Shown here piece by piece: positions 1 through 21,192 of a DNA stretch of 64,000 bases. Below the pieces are notes generated by a model. The model made no database searches, was not told where the DNA came from, and saw only the letters and a program-made list of their open reading frames with translations. The first letter of the stretch is position 1. Each line of letters begins with the position of its first letter. The DNA is from Escherichia coli (GTDB taxonomy: Bacteria > Pseudomonadota > Gammaproteobacteria > Enterobacterales > Enterobacteriaceae), in the NCBI RefSeq assembly GCF_048403405.1, contig NZ_CP183129.1; one strand, 5' to 3'. The position numbers and the translations under genes are program-made.

Positions 1-1130
1 GCATTTACGGCCAGGCAGTGCACTTTGTAAACACCAGAGACGACATGCCTGAAGCAACCCGTGTTCACCTGGAACCGACCATCAATTTGCCGCTCTCTAA
101 TAACTGGGGCAGCATCAATACCGAAGCGAAGTTGCTGGCAACCCATTATCAGCAAACTAATCTTGACTGGTATAACTCCAGAAACACAACCAAGCTGGAC
201 GAATCCGTTAACCGCGTAATGCCGCAATTCAAAGTTGACGGCAAAATGGTCTTTGAACGCGATATGGAAATGCTGGCTCCGGGTTATACCCAAACGCTGG
301 AACCGCGCGCGCAGTATTTGTACGTGCCGTATCGCGATCAGAGCGACATCTATAACTACGACTCGTCTCTGCTGCAATCTGACTACTCTGGCCTGTTCCG
401 GGACCGGACTTACGGCGGTCTTGACCGTATTGCCTCCGCTAACCAGGTGACGACCGGTGTCACATCTCGCATATATGATGATGCTGCCGTTGAACGTTTT
501 AATATTTCCGTTGGTCAAATCTACTATTTCACGGAGTCTCGTACTGGCGATGACAACATAACATGGGAGAATGACGACAAAACGGGCTCACTGGTGTGGG
601 CAGGCGATACTTACTGGCGTATCTCCGAGCGTTGGGGATTGCGTGGCGGGATTCAGTACGATACACGTCTGGATAACGTAGCGACCAGTAACTCCAGCAT
701 TGAATACCGTCGGGATGAAGACCGTCTGGTACAGCTGAACTACCGTTACGCCAGCCCGGAATATATTCAGGCTACGCTGCCTAAGTACTATTCCACGGCT
801 GAGCAATATAAGAATGGTATTTCGCAGGTAGGTGCCGTCGCCAGCTGGCCAATTGCCGATCGTTGGTCAATTGTTGGGGCCTACTACTACGACACCAATG
901 CGAACAAGCAAGCCGACTCTATGTTAGGTGTGCAATACAGCTCCTGCTGCTATGCAATTCGCGTCGGTTACGAGCGGAAGCTGAACGGTTGGGATAACGA
1001 TAAACAACATGCGGTATATGACAACGCAATCGGCTTTAACATCGAACTTCGCGGCCTGAGCTCCAACTACGGTCTGGGTACGCAAGAGATGCTGCGTTCG
1101 AACATTCTGCCGTATCAAAACACTTTGTGA
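1..1130 (+). CDS. lptD: LPS-assembly outer membrane protein LptD, C-terminal part (5' end lies upstream of window)
   Basis: ORF track 18..1130 (370 aa) reads as LptD C-terminal beta-barrel region; 52-bp spacer to surA as in K-12; gene truncated by window edge. Confidence 0.9.
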   Translation, partial: IYGQAVHFVNTRDDMPEATRVHLEPTINLPLSNNWGSINTEAKLLATHYQQTNLDWYNSRNTTKLDESVNRVMPQFKVDGKMVFERDMEMLAPGYTQTLEPRAQYLYVPYRDQSDIYNYDSSLLQSDYSGLFRDRTYGGLDRIASANQVTTGVTSRIYDDAAVERFNISVGQIYYFTESRTGDDNITWENDDKTGSLVWAGDTYWRISERWGLRGGIQYDTRLDNVATSNSSIEYRRDEDRLVQLNYRYASPEYIQATLPKYYSTAEQYKNGISQVGAVASWPIADRWSIVGAYYYDTNANKQADSMLGVQYSSCCYAIRVGYERKLNGWDNDKQHAVYDNAIGFNIELRGLSSNYGLGTQEMLRSNILPYQNTL

Positions 1131-1182
1131 TTTGTTGATTTACCACGTAATCCGCAGTGCGGTTAATTGAAATGGAAAAAGT

Positions 1183-4276
<3,094 letters not shown>

Positions 4277-4278
4277 CG

Positions 4279-4656
4279 ATGATCAATTCGCCCCGAGTGT
4301 GTATTCAGGTTCAAAGCGTCTACATTGAGGCACAATCTTCACCTGATAATGAACGTTACGTTTTTGCTTATACCGTAACCATACGCAATCTGGGGCGAGC
4401 GCCAGTGCAGTTGTTGGGGCGTTACTGGCTGATCACCAATGGCAATGGCCGTGAAACCGAAGTCCAGGGCGAAGGAGTGGTTGGCGTCCAGCCACTTATC
4501 GCGCCTGGCGAAGAGTACCAGTACACCAGCGGTGCAATCATTGAAACCCCGCTGGGCACCATGCAGGGTCACTACGAAATGATCGATGAAAATGGCGTCC
4601 CTTTCAGCATCGACATTCCCGTATTCCGACTCGCCGTTCCCACACTCATTCATTAA
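4279..4656 (+). CDS. apaG: ApaG (DUF525) protein
   Basis: ORF track 4225..4656; trimmed to internal ATG giving 125 aa beginning [11 protein letters not shown], which matches recalled ApaG. Confidence 0.9.
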   Translation: MINSPRVCIQVQSVYIEAQSSPDNERYVFAYTVTIRNLGRAPVQLLGRYWLITNGNGRETEVQGEGVVGVQPLIAPGEEYQYTSGAIIETPLGTMQGHYEMIDENGVPFSIDIPVFRLAVPTLIH

Positions 4657-4662
4657 AAGAAT

Positions 4663-5505
4663 ATGGCGACATACCTTATTGGCGACGTTCATGGTTGTTA
4701 CGATGAACTGATCGCATTGCTGCATAAAGTAGAATTTACCCCTGGGAAAGATACCCTCTGGCTGACGGGCGATCTGGTCGCGCGCGGCCCGGGTTCGCTG
4801 GATGTTCTGCGCTATGTGAAATCCTTAGGCGACAGCGTACGTCTGGTGCTGGGCAATCACGATCTGCATCTGCTGGCGGTATTTGCCGGGATCAGCCGCA
4901 ATAAACCGAAAGATCGCCTGACACCGCTGCTGGAAGCGCCGGATGCCGACGAGCTGCTTAACTGGCTGCGTCGCCAGCCTCTGCTGCAAATCGACGAAGA
5001 GAAAAAGCTGGTGATGGCCCACGCAGGGATCACGCCACAGTGGGATCTACAGACCGCCAAAGAGTGCGCGCGCGATGTAGAAGCGGTGCTGTCGAGTGAC
5101 TCCTATCCCTTCTTCCTTGATGCCATGTACGGCGATATGCCAAATAACTGGTCACCGGAATTGCGGGGGCTGGGAAGACTGCGGTTTATCACCAACGCCT
5201 TTACCCGTATGCGTTTTTGCTTCCCGAACGGGCAACTGGATATGTACAGCAAAGAATCGCCGGAAGAAGCCCCTGCCCCACTGAAACCGTGGTTTGCGAT
5301 TCCTGGCCCTGTCGCTGAAGAATACAGCATCGCCTTTGGTCACTGGGCATCGCTGGAAGGCAAAGGTACGCCGGAAGGTATTTACGCGCTGGATACTGGC
5401 TGCTGCTGGGGTGGTACATTAACCTGCCTGCGCTGGGAAGATAAACACTATTTTGTCCAGCCGTCGAACCGGCATAAGGATTTGGGCGAAGCGGCGGCGT
5501 CTTAA
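4663..5505 (+). CDS. apaH: bis(5'-nucleosyl)-tetraphosphatase (symmetrical) ApaH
   Basis: 280-aa ORF, metallophosphatase motifs (GDVHG, GNHD); synteny. Confidence 0.95.
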   Translation: MATYLIGDVHGCYDELIALLHKVEFTPGKDTLWLTGDLVARGPGSLDVLRYVKSLGDSVRLVLGNHDLHLLAVFAGISRNKPKDRLTPLLEAPDADELLNWLRRQPLLQIDEEKKLVMAHAGITPQWDLQTAKECARDVEAVLSSDSYPFFLDAMYGDMPNNWSPELRGLGRLRFITNAFTRMRFCFPNGQLDMYSKESPEEAPAPLKPWFAIPGPVAEEYSIAFGHWASLEGKGTPEGIYALDTGCCWGGTLTCLRWEDKHYFVQPSNRHKDLGEAAAS

Positions 5506-5523
5506 ACACAGCCTGATACAGGA

Positions 5524-5560
5524 AGGCCGGATAAGACGCGACCGGCGTCGCATCCGGCAC
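5524..5560. repeat. REP (repetitive extragenic palindromic) element
   Basis: GCCGGATAAGACGCG..CGTCGCATCCGGC palindromic unit between convergent apaH and folA. Confidence 0.7.
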
Positions 5561-5582
5561 TAGCCGTAAATTCTATACAAAC

Positions 5583-8108
<2,526 letters not shown>

Positions 8109-8116
<8 letters not shown>

Positions 8117-8639
8117 GATGTGCCTCCTGCCATTCCAGCAGACGTTGCTTATAGTGCCGCGCCTGCCCTTCGAGGGTTTCGTCGTCACAAATAAAGGTGC
8201 AGTGCATGGCAAACGGTGGCAGCCAGTTCAGCCCGCAGTAGATTGCCGTCGCCTGTAGCGGCTGTGACAGCACATCAAAGCCCGGATGCGCACCAATCTC
8301 AAAATGGCTTTCCCCACCGCCGGTCGTCACCGCCCACAGTAAATGTTTGCCATGCAGCGCCGTGCCGCCGTGACCGTAAGCCCAGCCGTGCGAGAAGACT
8401 TTATCGATCCAAAGTTTAAGAAGCGGAGGAATGCTGTACCACTGCATCGGGTGCTGCCAGACGATCAGATCGGCGCGAGACAGCGCCTCCTGCTCGGCGG
8501 CAATATCGATATTGAAGTCAGGATAGAGTTGATAAAGAGAGCGAATTTCGACGCCTTCCAGCGTCCTTGCCTGTTCAAGCATCCGTTTATTCGCATGGGA
8601 ATGATGCGGATACGGATGCGCATAAATTATAAGAATCAT
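8109..8639 (-). CDS. kefF: KefC ancillary flavoprotein / quinone oxidoreductase KefF
   Basis: 176-aa ORF; 8-nt overlap with kefC start; synteny. Confidence 0.93.
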
Positions 8640-8746
8640 AGGTAGCCCGCGTGATTACGCCTTTGTTTTCCCACAAAGTGTAGTCATATATTCACGCGGC
8701 TTATAGTCAATAATATTGATTCAGAAAAGAGAGAAATCTGAACAAA

Positions 8747-10078
8747 TTACCCCATTCTCTGCCCGCGGATGGTCATATTGCTGGTCTGCGCCAGTGACAT
8801 CCCTCGAGTCTCCGGGGCAAACGCTACGGAAATCAACAAGCCAAACAGCGAGATACCCGCCCCCATTAGCATCGTGTTACTGATACCGTAATTGTTGATA
8901 AAGATCGGCAGTGCCCAGGTCGAAACAATAGTGCCAATACGACTTAAGGACATAATCACGCCCACGGCAGAGGCGCGGATATCTGTCGGGAAGAGTTCAT
9001 TAGGATAGAGCCACTGCAAATTACCTGGCCCGCCAGAGAAAAAGGCATACACCGCAAAGGCCATCACTACCAGCCAGATCCCCATATCCGGGATCAGCCC
9101 CAAAACCGCCAGCGCCAGCGTCATCATGGCAAAGCTGCCAATCAACAATGGACGCCGTCCGGCAGTGTTTAACCACAGCATCGGCGGAATACAGCCAAGC
9201 ATAAAGAACAGGCTAATCACCACATTCCCCAGTGCCGCGTTTTTGCCAACCCCCAACCCCAACAAACCAACGATTTGCGGGCCAAAGGTGTAAATGGCGA
9301 ACATTGGGATCACCTGGCAGGTCCAGATGGCGGCAACAAACAGAACAAAAGGAAAATGGCGGCGATTAAACAGATCGCGAAAACGGGTTTGCTGCGGCTG
9401 CTCTTCATCGAAAGCCACCGGTTCGCCAAACAGTTTGATCATCATCTCTTCGCACTCTTTTACTCGCCCTTTGCGTAACAACCAGCGGGGAGATTCAGGC
9501 AGTTCGAATCGACCAATCAAAATCAACAAACAGGGGATCGCTGCGCTACCCAGCATCCAGCGCCAACCACCTTCCACATCATAAAGCCAGTAACCGACCA
9601 GATCGGCGCAGGTCGCGCCGACATACCACATGGCGGCGATAAAGCTGATGGAAAATGCCCGCTGACGGGTACTGGAGAACTCGGTGATCATTGAGGTGGC
9701 AATGGGATAATCTGCACCGATGACAATGCCGATGAGTACCCGCATCACCAACAGTTCGACGGGGGATGAGACAAACATCGTCGCCACCGATATCACGCCG
9801 ATGGCGATGATATCAATGAGGAACATTTTGCGCCGTCCGACTTTATCGGAAATATAACCAAACAGCGATGTGCCAACGAACAGCCCGGCGAGCGTTCCCG
9901 CGCCCAGCAAGCCAATCCAGTCAGCGTCCAGTTTCAGCGCCGGGGTCAGTTGCTCCAGCGCCACGCCAATCATTACCAGTACATAACCATCCAGAAACGG
10001 ACCACCGCTTCCCCACAGCAAAATGCGGCGGTGAATAGAGGAGAATTTGAGATCGTCAAAGTTTCTGGACGGTTGCAT
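8747..10078 (-). CDS. yaaU: MFS-family transporter YaaU
   Basis: 443-aa ORF with multiple predicted TM helices; spacing to kefF (107 bp) as in K-12. Confidence 0.9.
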   Translation of the reverse strand: MQPSRNFDDLKFSSIHRRILLWGSGGPFLDGYVLVMIGVALEQLTPALKLDADWIGLLGAGTLAGLFVGTSLFGYISDKVGRRKMFLIDIIAIGVISVATMFVSSPVELLVMRVLIGIVIGADYPIATSMITEFSSTRQRAFSISFIAAMWYVGATCADLVGYWLYDVEGGWRWMLGSAAIPCLLILIGRFELPESPRWLLRKGRVKECEEMMIKLFGEPVAFDEEQPQQTRFRDLFNRRHFPFVLFVAAIWTCQVIPMFAIYTFGPQIVGLLGLGVGKNAALGNVVISLFFMLGCIPPMLWLNTAGRRPLLIGSFAMMTLALAVLGLIPDMGIWLVVMAFAVYAFFSGGPGNLQWLYPNELFPTDIRASAVGVIMSLSRIGTIVSTWALPIFINNYGISNTMLMGAGISLFGLLISVAFAPETRGMSLAQTSNMTIRGQRMG

Positions 10079-10136
10079 GGGTTATTCCTGTTTTTTTGCA
10101 ATGAGAGTCAGTACGGCGTTACGTATCAAACCAACA

Positions 10137-10424
10137 TCAGCCGTAACGAAACTCCACACCAAAGGTGCCGCGCGGGTATTCCCACTGTTCCAGCGCCGAC
10201 CCCAGCCCCAGAATGCGACAGGTGCCACACTCCAGACATCCGGCGTAATCGAAACGCACGCTTCCGTCATCCTGCTTCTTGTACAGACCTGCGGGGCACG
10301 CTTTCACCAGCAGCTCCAGCACCTGTTTATCAGCATCGGCCTTCACAACAATGTGCGGATGCTCTTCATCGACATTGAATTTATTGACGCCCAGTTTGAC
10401 GTCCACATTGACGGGAGAAGTCAT
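10137..10424 (-). CDS. fixX: ferredoxin-like protein FixX
   Basis: 95-aa ORF with Cys cluster; last gene of fixABCX. Confidence 0.93.
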   Translation of the reverse strand: MTSPVNVDVKLGVNKFNVDEEHPHIVVKADADKQVLELLVKACPAGLYKKQDDGSVRFDYAGCLECGTCRILGLGSALEQWEYPRGTFGVEFRYG

Positions 10425-11707
10425 AAAACGGTCACTCCTTTCATGCCATCCTTGATTAGATTGATGAAGCCCACTTTCTTACCGTGGCGGAGGATTTTCT
10501 TGCGCATCAGTTCCGGCACACTGCCGTCAATGGTGAACAGGTCACGCGCCACGCCCACCGCCAGTTCCGGGTAGCCGCTAAACATGCGTGGGTTATCAAG
10601 GAACGCCGGTAGTTTCTGATACATACGCATATCGCGCAGCGGACCACTCTCAAGATGCTGACGATATTCCGCCAGTTTTTGCTTACTGAAATCGTCGCTT
10701 TTCATCGCTGAAAGCACGGTTTTTGCTGCGGCTTCCCCGGCGGCAATCGCCAGATCCATACCGCGAATGGTAAAACCGAGGTTCATACACATTCCGGCGG
10801 CATCACCGGCAATCAGTACGCCGTCACCGACCAGCTCCGGCAGCATGTTGATGCCTGCTTCCGGCACTACGTGAGCGGAATATTCCACCAGCTTGCCGCC
10901 TGCGATCAGCGGTGCAACGGCCGGATGTTGTTTGAAATCTTCCAGCATTTGCGGCACCGATTTTTTCGCGTCATGTAGATGATGCAGACCACAAACCAAC
11001 CCCAGCGACAGAGTGTTTTCATTGGTATAAAGAAAGCCGCCGCCCATCAGGCCATCGGTGGGTGATCCCGCAAACAGGCAAGCCGCGCCCTGATTACCCT
11101 GCAACTGAAAACGGTCTTCGATTACCGACTTCGGTAACTCGATCAGTTCCTTCACGCCAACCGCCACATCCGTCGGTTTAACGCGTTTTGCCATCCCCAG
11201 CTTTTCGGCAAGGATGGAGTTCACCCCGTCAGCAAGGATCACCGTTTTCGCTTCAATCACATCGCCATCGGCTTCTACGCCGACAACTTTGCCATCGCGC
11301 TGTACGAGGTTATCGACACGAATCCCGGTAATTAACTGCGCGCCCGCTTCTTCGGCCTGCTCCATCAACCAGGCATCAAATTTACTGCGCAAAACGGAGT
11401 AAGAACGCTGGGATGGCGAGGTTTCGTCGCCATTGCAGTAGTCCATGGTCATCGCTGACTTTTCCGTCATAAACGCGAGTTTTTCATGGGTGATCAGGCG
11501 TTCTACGGGGGCGGATTCGGCGAAACCAGGAATAATGTGTTCCAGGCTGTGGGCATAGAGACGCCCGCCGGTGACGTTCTTGGCACCTGCGGAATTGCCA
11601 CGCTCGATAACTAACACTTGCGCACCTTCGCGGGCGAGCACCAGTGCGGCAACCGAACCGGCAAGCCCAGCACCGACGATGATGGCGTCAAAGATATCTT
11701 CGGACAT
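10421..11707 (-). CDS. fixC: FAD-dependent oxidoreductase FixC (ETF-quinone oxidoreductase-like)
   Basis: 428-aa ORF, N-terminal GAGLAG dinucleotide-binding motif; overlaps fixX by 4 nt. Confidence 0.94.
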   Translation of the reverse strand: MSEDIFDAIIVGAGLAGSVAALVLAREGAQVLVIERGNSAGAKNVTGGRLYAHSLEHIIPGFAESAPVERLITHEKLAFMTEKSAMTMDYCNGDETSPSQRSYSVLRSKFDAWLMEQAEEAGAQLITGIRVDNLVQRDGKVVGVEADGDVIEAKTVILADGVNSILAEKLGMAKRVKPTDVAVGVKELIELPKSVIEDRFQLQGNQGAACLFAGSPTDGLMGGGFLYTNENTLSLGLVCGLHHLHDAKKSVPQMLEDFKQHPAVAPLIAGGKLVEYSAHVVPEAGINMLPELVGDGVLIAGDAAGMCMNLGFTIRGMDLAIAAGEAAAKTVLSAMKSDDFSKQKLAEYRQHLESGPLRDMRMYQKLPAFLDNPRMFSGYPELAVGVARDLFTIDGSVPELMRKKILRHGKKVGFINLIKDGMKGVTVL

Positions 11708-11757
11708 AAGAACTCCCTGTCAGCGGCAGGGCCGTAATGCAGCCCTGCCAGAGTGGA

Positions 11758-12699
11758 TCAACGCGCTAAAGCTGCGGTCAGCGCCGGAAGGATCTTCACG
11801 GCGTCGCCAACAATGCCGTAATCCGCGTACTGGAAGATCGGCGCATTTTTATCTTTGTTGATGGCGAAAATGGTTTGCGACGCGTTAGCACCAACCATGT
11901 GCTGGATCTGCCCGGAGATCCCCACCGCCAGGTACAGTTCAGGTTTCAGCATCAGGTTGGAGATACCGACATAGCGTTCGTGCTCCATCCATTTTTCGTT
12001 TTCTGCCACCGGACGAGAACAGGCCAACTCCGCACCTATCGCCTTACAAAGCTGTTCTGCCAGCGCAATGTTATCTTTGCTGCCAATGCCGCGACCGACG
12101 CTGACCACCAGACGGGCTTTGTCGAGATCGACGCTGTTACTCTGGCGCGCCTGGGTTGCCGTGCGCGTAATCGCCACCGCCGGAGCCTGCCACTCCACGG
12201 TGTGCGTTTCGCCAGTGCGTGACGCGTCTGGCTGAGCCGCATCGAACGTGCCGCTGCTGATGGTCAGTACCGCATACGGCGTGGCAATGCGTTCTTCGCC
12301 AATCGCCAGACCACCGTAAACCATGTGTTTCACTGTCGCTTTACCGTCCTGTACGCTGACGGTGCTGGCATCGTTAGACACCGCCGCTTTAAGGCGATAA
12401 CCCAGTTTTGCCGCCAGTAATTTACCGCGACGGGTATTCGGCAACAGCACCAGGCCGTCTGCGCCGTGCTGGCGAATAGTGTCAGCCATGACACCGGCGT
12501 AATCTTCAATCATCCGATCATCTGGTTTGCCGTTTAATTTCCAGACATGATTAGCGCCGAGCTGGATTGCCTGTGCGCCGTCGGCATCATTGAGGACAAA
12601 GGTGTTGATTTGATTAGCTAAAGCCTGCGCACCGTTCATCAGTTCCGGCAGACGAGAAGGGGTATCGCTGAATACCCAGACTTGAGAAAACGTGTTCAT
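11758..12699 (-). CDS. fixB: electron transfer flavoprotein alpha-subunit homologue FixB
   Basis: 313-aa ORF; synteny. Confidence 0.94.
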   Translation of the reverse strand: MNTFSQVWVFSDTPSRLPELMNGAQALANQINTFVLNDADGAQAIQLGANHVWKLNGKPDDRMIEDYAGVMADTIRQHGADGLVLLPNTRRGKLLAAKLGYRLKAAVSNDASTVSVQDGKATVKHMVYGGLAIGEERIATPYAVLTISSGTFDAAQPDASRTGETHTVEWQAPAVAITRTATQARQSNSVDLDKARLVVSVGRGIGSKDNIALAEQLCKAIGAELACSRPVAENEKWMEHERYVGISNLMLKPELYLAVGISGQIQHMVGANASQTIFAINKDKNAPIFQYADYGIVGDAVKILPALTAALAR

Positions 12700-12713
12700 A
12701 GCATCCCCTGTAA

Positions 12714-13484
12714 TTAAATGACTTTGCGAAGATTTTCAGCAAATGCGGCGATCTGTTCTTCGCCGTCGCCTTCAATCACGATGCGCTGACGCTCGCGCTG
12801 TTTCGGTGCGGCAACCTGTTGTTCAGACCAGGCTTCCACGGCGTTAAAGCCAATATCCGCCGCCGACCATACCTGGACTGGCTTTTTCGCCGCGCCGAGA
12901 ATGGCTTTCATCGAAGGAATTTGTGGGGAATTGATATCAGTGGAAACAGCAACAACCGCAGGCAGCGGAATGCTTAAGGTTTCTGTTTCATCTTCCAGTT
13001 CGCGCTCAACGGTGAGGGTATCTGCCGTCAGAGAGATAATTTTGCTGACGCCGTTAACTGCCGGAATATTGAGGATTTCGCCTACCAGCAAACCAACCTG
13101 CTGGGCATAAAGGTCGGAAGAACCATCGCCACAGAGGATCAAATCAAAGCCTGCTTTCTGGGCGGCGGCAGCCAGTGCGCTCGCCGTTTGTTGCGGCAGT
13201 GCCTGCTCGAACTGGTCATCAATCACCACAATCAGTTCATCCGGACCGCGCGATAGCACATCTTTACGCCCTTTGGCGTTGGTCAGGGCTTTACCGCCCA
13301 CACTTAAGGCCGTCACCTGCGCCTCTGCTGCCTGTTGCTTTAGCTGACAAGCCGCTTCAATAGCGTTGAGATCGTATTGGCTTATTTTGGCATCGGCTTT
13401 ACTGAAGTCTAACGAACCATCAGCATTATTGACCGCAATATCCTGTTCATCAGGCACGCACTTATAGCAAGTAATAATCTTCAT
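12714..13484 (-). CDS. fixA: electron transfer flavoprotein beta-subunit homologue FixA
   Basis: ORF track 12714..13547; trimmed to 256 aa starting [11 protein letters not shown]. Confidence 0.92.
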   Translation of the reverse strand: MKIITCYKCVPDEQDIAVNNADGSLDFSKADAKISQYDLNAIEAACQLKQQAAEAQVTALSVGGKALTNAKGRKDVLSRGPDELIVVIDDQFEQALPQQTASALAAAAQKAGFDLILCGDGSSDLYAQQVGLLVGEILNIPAVNGVSKIISLTADTLTVERELEDETETLSIPLPAVVAVSTDINSPQIPSMKAILGAAKKPVQVWSAADIGFNAVEAWSEQQVAAPKQRERQRIVIEGDGEEQIAAFAENLRKVI

Positions 13485-15471
<1,987 letters not shown>

Positions 15472-15501
15472 TTAACCCCCAAAATATCAAGAGGTTGAAA
15501 G

Positions 15502-16644
15502 ATGGATTTTAATTTAAATGATGAGCAGGAACTGTTTGTCGCCGGTATCCGCGAACTGATGGCCAGCGAAAACTGGGAGGCCTATTTTGCCGAGTGCGAC
15601 CGTGACAGCGTCTACCCGGAACGTTTTGTCAAAGCACTGGCGGATATGGGTATCGACAGTCTGCTGATCCCTGAAGAGCACGGTGGTCTGGACGCGGGGT
15701 TTGTTACTCTCGCCGCCGTGTGGATGGAGCTGGGACGTCTGGGGGCACCAACCTATGTGCTGTACCAGTTGCCGGGCGGGTTTAACACCTTCCTGCGTGA
15801 AGGTACGCAAGAGCAGATCGACAAAATTATGGCTTTCCGCGGCACCGGTAAGCAGATGTGGAACTCAGCGATTACCGAACCGGGCGCGGGCTCCGACGTG
15901 GGTAGCCTGAAAACGACTTATACCCGTAGAAATGGTAAGATTTATCTTAATGGTAGTAAGTGTTTTATTACCAGCAGCGCCTACACCCCGTACATCGTGG
16001 TGATGGCGCGCGACGGGGCTTCTCCGGACAAACCTGTCTACACCGAATGGTTTGTTGATATGAGCAAACCGGGCATCAAAGTGACCAAACTTGAAAAGCT
16101 CGGTCTGCGTATGGATAGCTGCTGTGAAATCACTTTTGACGACGTGGAACTGGACGAGAAAGACATGTTCGGTCGGGAAGGTAACGGCTTTAACCGCGTC
16201 AAAGAAGAGTTCGACCATGAACGTTTCCTGGTAGCCCTGACCAACTACGGTACGGCGATGTGCGCCTTTGAAGATGCGGCGCGCTACGCCAACCAGCGCG
16301 TGCAGTTTGGCGAGGCTATTGGTCGTTTCCAGTTGATTCAGGAAAAATTCGCCCACATGGCGATCAAATTAAACTCCATGAAAAACATGCTGTATGAAGC
16401 AGCGTGGAAAGCAGACAACGGCACCATCACCTCTGGCGATGCAGCGATGTGCAAATACTTCTGCGCCAATGCGGCATTTGAAGTGGTGGATAGCGCTATG
16501 CAGGTGCTGGGCGGTGTCGGGATTGCGGGCAACCACCGCATCAGCCGCTTCTGGCGTGACCTGCGTGTAGACCGCGTTTCCGGGGGATCTGACGAAATGC
16601 AGATCCTGACGCTGGGTCGCGCGGTGCTGAAGCAATACCGCTAA
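15502..16644 (+). CDS. caiA: crotonobetainyl-CoA reductase CaiA (acyl-CoA dehydrogenase family)
   Basis: 380-aa ORF; synteny. Confidence 0.95.
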
Positions 16645-16655
16645 GTCCGTGCGCT

Positions 16656-16740
16656 GCCTGATGCGACGCTGACGCGTCTTATCAGACCTACGGGAGCACG
16701 AATGTAGGCCGGATAAAGCGTTTACGCCGCATCCGGCAGT
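16656..16740. repeat. two REP elements in caiA-caiB spacer
   Basis: GCCTGATGCGACGCTGACGCGTCTTATCAGACC and GTAGGCCGGATAAAGCG..CGCATCCGGCA palindromic units. Confidence 0.7.
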
Positions 16741-16754
16741 CATGCGCTACATAA

Positions 16755-17990
<1,236 letters not shown>

Positions 17991-18063
17991 ACGCGTGGCG
18001 TCAGTCGGCTTGCCTGACTAGCGCCCGCCCAATAACAAACGAACAACAATGGATAGAGGTGCA

Positions 18064-19617
18064 ATGGATATCATTGGCGGACAACATCTACGTCAAATGT
18101 GGGACGATCTGGCGGACGTTTACGGTCATAAAACGGCGCTGATTTGTGAATCCAGCGGCGGAGTCGTTAACCGGTATAGTTATCTTGAGTTAAATCAGGA
18201 GATTAACCGCACGGCAAACCTGTTTTATACGCTGGGGATTCGCAAAGGCGACAAGGTTGCTCTACATCTCGACAACTGCCCGGAATTTATCTTTTGCTGG
18301 TTCGGGCTGGCAAAAATTGGCGCGATTATGGTGCCGATTAACGCCCGCCTGTTGCGCGAAGAAAGCACGTGGATCTTGCAAAATAGCCAGGCGTGCCTGC
18401 TGGTGACCAGTGCGCAATTCTATCCTATGTATCAACAGATTCAGCAGGAAGATGCCACTCAGTTGCGGCACATTTGCCTGACAGATGTGGCACTTCCCGC
18501 TGATGATGGCGTGAGTTCGTTTACTCAACTGAAAAATCAACAACCTGCCACCTTGTGCTATGCACCGCCGCTATCGACTGACGATACGGCGGAAATTCTC
18601 TTCACCTCCGGTACCACTTCCCGACCGAAGGGTGTGGTGATTACCCATTACAACCTGCGCTTCGCTGGATATTACTCCGCCTGGCAATGTGCACTGCGTG
18701 ACGATGACGTCTACCTGACGGTAATGCCTGCGTTTCATATTGACTGCCAGTGTACTGCGGCGATGGCGGCGTTTTCTGCCGGGACCACCTTTGTGCTGGT
18801 CGAGAAATACAGCGCCCGCGCCTTCTGGGGACAGGTGCAGAAGTACCGCGCCACCATTACCGAATGTATTCCGATGATGATTCGTACGTTGATGGTGCAG
18901 CCGCCTTCAGCGAACGATCGGCAACATCGCCTGCGGGAAGTGATGTTTTATCTCAACTTGTCGGAGCAGGAAAAAGATGCGTTTTGTGAACGCTTCGGCG
19001 TTCACTTGCTGACGTCTTATGGGATGACGGAAACCATTGTGGGCATTATCGGCGATCGCCCTGGCGATAAACGGCGCTGGCCGTCGATTGGTCGGGCGGG
19101 CTTTTGCTACGAAGCGGAGATCCGCGACGATCACAATCGTCCCCTCCCGGCTGGTGAGCTCGGTGAAATTTGCATTAAAGGCGTACCAGGGAAAACCATC
19201 TTCAAAGAGTATTTTCTCAACCCGAAAGCCACTGCGAAAGTGCTGGAAGCCGATGGCTGGCTACATACCGGCGATACCGGATACCGCGACGAAGAGGGCT
19301 TTTTTTATTTTGTCGATCGCCGCTGCAATATGATCAAACGCGGGGGCGAGAATGTCTCCTGCGTGGAGCTGGAAAATATCATCGCCGCGCACCCGAAAAT
19401 TCAGGACATCGTGGTTGTGGGTATTAAAGATTCGATTCGCGATGAAGCCATCAAAGCATTTGTGGTGCTGAATGAAGGTGAAACATTGAGCGAAGAGGAA
19501 TTTTTCCGCTTCTGCGAACAAAATATGGCGAAATTTAAAGTGCCCTCTTATCTGGAGATCAGAAAAGATCTGCCACGTAATTGCTCGGGGAAAATAATTA
19601 GAAAGAATCTGAAATAA
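18064..19617 (+). CDS. caiC: carnitine/crotonobetaine-CoA ligase CaiC
   Basis: ORF track 18049..19617; start set at MDIIGGQHL (517 aa) from recalled annotation; AMP-binding motif [10 protein letters not shown] present; start could be 5 codons upstream. Confidence 0.9.
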   Translation: MDIIGGQHLRQMWDDLADVYGHKTALICESSGGVVNRYSYLELNQEINRTANLFYTLGIRKGDKVALHLDNCPEFIFCWFGLAKIGAIMVPINARLLREESTWILQNSQACLLVTSAQFYPMYQQIQQEDATQLRHICLTDVALPADDGVSSFTQLKNQQPATLCYAPPLSTDDTAEILFTSGTTSRPKGVVITHYNLRFAGYYSAWQCALRDDDVYLTVMPAFHIDCQCTAAMAAFSAGTTFVLVEKYSARAFWGQVQKYRATITECIPMMIRTLMVQPPSANDRQHRLREVMFYLNLSEQEKDAFCERFGVHLLTSYGMTETIVGIIGDRPGDKRRWPSIGRAGFCYEAEIRDDHNRPLPAGELGEICIKGVPGKTIFKEYFLNPKATAKVLEADGWLHTGDTGYRDEEGFFYFVDRRCNMIKRGGENVSCVELENIIAAHPKIQDIVVVGIKDSIRDEAIKAFVVLNEGETLSEEEFFRFCEQNMAKFKVPSYLEIRKDLPRNCSGKIIRKNLK

Positions 19618-19725
19618 ATGAAACGGCAGGGAACTACCCTGCCAGCTAATAATCACGCTCTAAAACAATATGCATTTTTTGCAGGGATGTTGTCGTCCCT
19701 GAAAAAGCAAAAATGGAGAAAAGGA

Positions 19726-20511
19726 ATGAGTGAATCATTACATCTGACCCGCAATGGATCAATTCTGGAAATTACCCTTGATCGCCCAAAAGCGAATGCT
19801 ATTGATGCAAAAACCAGCTTTGAAATGGGCGAAGTATTTCTAAATTTCCGTGACGATCCGCAATTACGTGTCGCCATTATTACCGGTGCCGGAGAGAAAT
19901 TCTTTTCCGCGGGCTGGGATTTAAAAGCGGCAGCAGAAGGCGAAGCACCGGATGCTGACTTTGGCCCGGGTGGTTTTGCGGGATTAACCGAAATTTTCAA
20001 TCTCGACAAACCAGTTATCGCCGCTGTGAACGGCTACGCCTTTGGCGGCGGCTTTGAACTGGCACTGGCGGCAGATTTTATTGTCTGTGCCGATAACGCC
20101 AGCTTCGCCCTGCCGGAAGCCAAACTGGGCATCGTTCCTGACAGCGGCGGCGTGCTGCGTCTGCCGAAGATCCTGCCGCCTGCCATCGTCAATGAAATGG
20201 TGATGACCGGCAGACGAATGAGCGCAGAAGAGGCGCTGCGTTGGGGGGTAGTCAACCGCGTGGTTAGCCAGGCGGAACTGATGGATAACGCCCGCGAACT
20301 GGCGCAGCAGCTGGTTAACAGCGCTCCGCTGGCGATTGCGGCGCTGAAAGAGATCTACCGCACCACCAGCGAAATGCCGGTGGAAGAAGCGTATCGCTAT
20401 ATTCGCAGCGGCGTGTTGAAACACTATCCGTCGGTTCTGCATTCGGAAGATGCCATTGAAGGGCCGCTGGCGTTTGCCGAGAAGCGCGATCCGGTGTGGA
20501 AAGGACGTTAA
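19726..20511 (+). CDS. caiD: carnitinyl-CoA dehydratase CaiD (enoyl-CoA hydratase family)
   Basis: ORF track 19618..20511 (297 aa); start set at [11 protein letters not shown] (261 aa) as in current K-12 annotation; longer form not excluded. Confidence 0.88.
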   Translation: MSESLHLTRNGSILEITLDRPKANAIDAKTSFEMGEVFLNFRDDPQLRVAIITGAGEKFFSAGWDLKAAAEGEAPDADFGPGGFAGLTEIFNLDKPVIAAVNGYAFGGGFELALAADFIVCADNASFALPEAKLGIVPDSGGVLRLPKILPPAIVNEMVMTGRRMSAEEALRWGVVNRVVSQAELMDNARELAQQLVNSAPLAIAALKEIYRTTSEMPVEEAYRYIRSGVLKHYPSVLHSEDAIEGPLAFAEKRDPVWKGR

Positions 20512-20516
20512 CAACC

Positions 20517-21107
20517 GTGAGCTATTACGCCTTTGAGGGGTTAATTCCGGTGGTTCACCCGACGGCGTTTGTCCATCCCAGTGCAGTCTTGATTGGCGAT
20601 GTGATTGTGGGATCCGGTGTCTACATCGGCCCACTCGCCTCACTGCGTGGTGATTACGGGCGGTTGATCGTGCAAGCGGGAGCCAATATTCAGGATGGCT
20701 GCATTATGCATGGCTACTGCGACACTGACACCATCGTTGGGGAAAACGGCCATATCGGGCACGGAGCGATCCTGCATGGTTGTGTGATTGGTCGCGATGC
20801 ATTGGTCGGGATGAACAGCGTGATTATGGATGGCGCGGTTATTGGCGAAGAGAGCATTGTTGCCGCCATGAGCTTTGTCAAAGCGGGCTTTCGCAGCGAG
20901 AAACGCCAGTTGTTGATGGGTACGCCAGCCCGCGCTGTACGCAGCGTGAGTGACGACGAGTTACACTGGAAACGGTTGAATACCAAAGAGTATCAGGATC
21001 TTGTCGGGCGCTGTCATGCATCGTTACATGAAACACAGCCACTGAGGCAAATGGAGGAAAATCGCCCCCGTTTGCAGGGGACGACGGATGTGACGCCTAA
21101 ACGGTGA
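20517..21107 (+). CDS. caiE: carnitine operon protein CaiE (hexapeptide-repeat/gamma-carbonic-anhydrase-like)
   Basis: ORF track 20496..21107; probable GTG start at 20517 giving about 196 aa. Confidence 0.85.
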   Translation: MSYYAFEGLIPVVHPTAFVHPSAVLIGDVIVGSGVYIGPLASLRGDYGRLIVQAGANIQDGCIMHGYCDTDTIVGENGHIGHGAILHGCVIGRDALVGMNSVIMDGAVIGEESIVAAMSFVKAGFRSEKRQLLMGTPARAVRSVSDDELHWKRLNTKEYQDLVGRCHASLHETQPLRQMEENRPRLQGTTDVTPKR

Positions 21108-21109
21108 TC

Positions 21110-21166
21110 TTGCCGGATGCGACCTGGTTGCTGGATAAGATGCTACAACATCGCATCTGGCAAGCA
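21110..21166. repeat. degenerate REP-like palindromic element
   Basis: GCCGGATGCGAC ... ATCGCATCTGGC imperfect inverted repeat between convergent caiE and caiF. Confidence 0.4.
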
Positions 21167-21192
21167 GGACGCCCGGTATCAACGAGATAAAA

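Noticed and set aside
18049-19725. 5' extensions of caiC (5 codons) and caiD (36 codons) in the ORF track as possible longer isoforms
   Set aside because: The shorter forms match the recalled curated K-12 protein N-termini; the extensions probably reflect longest-ORF calling. Not excluded, just unsupported.
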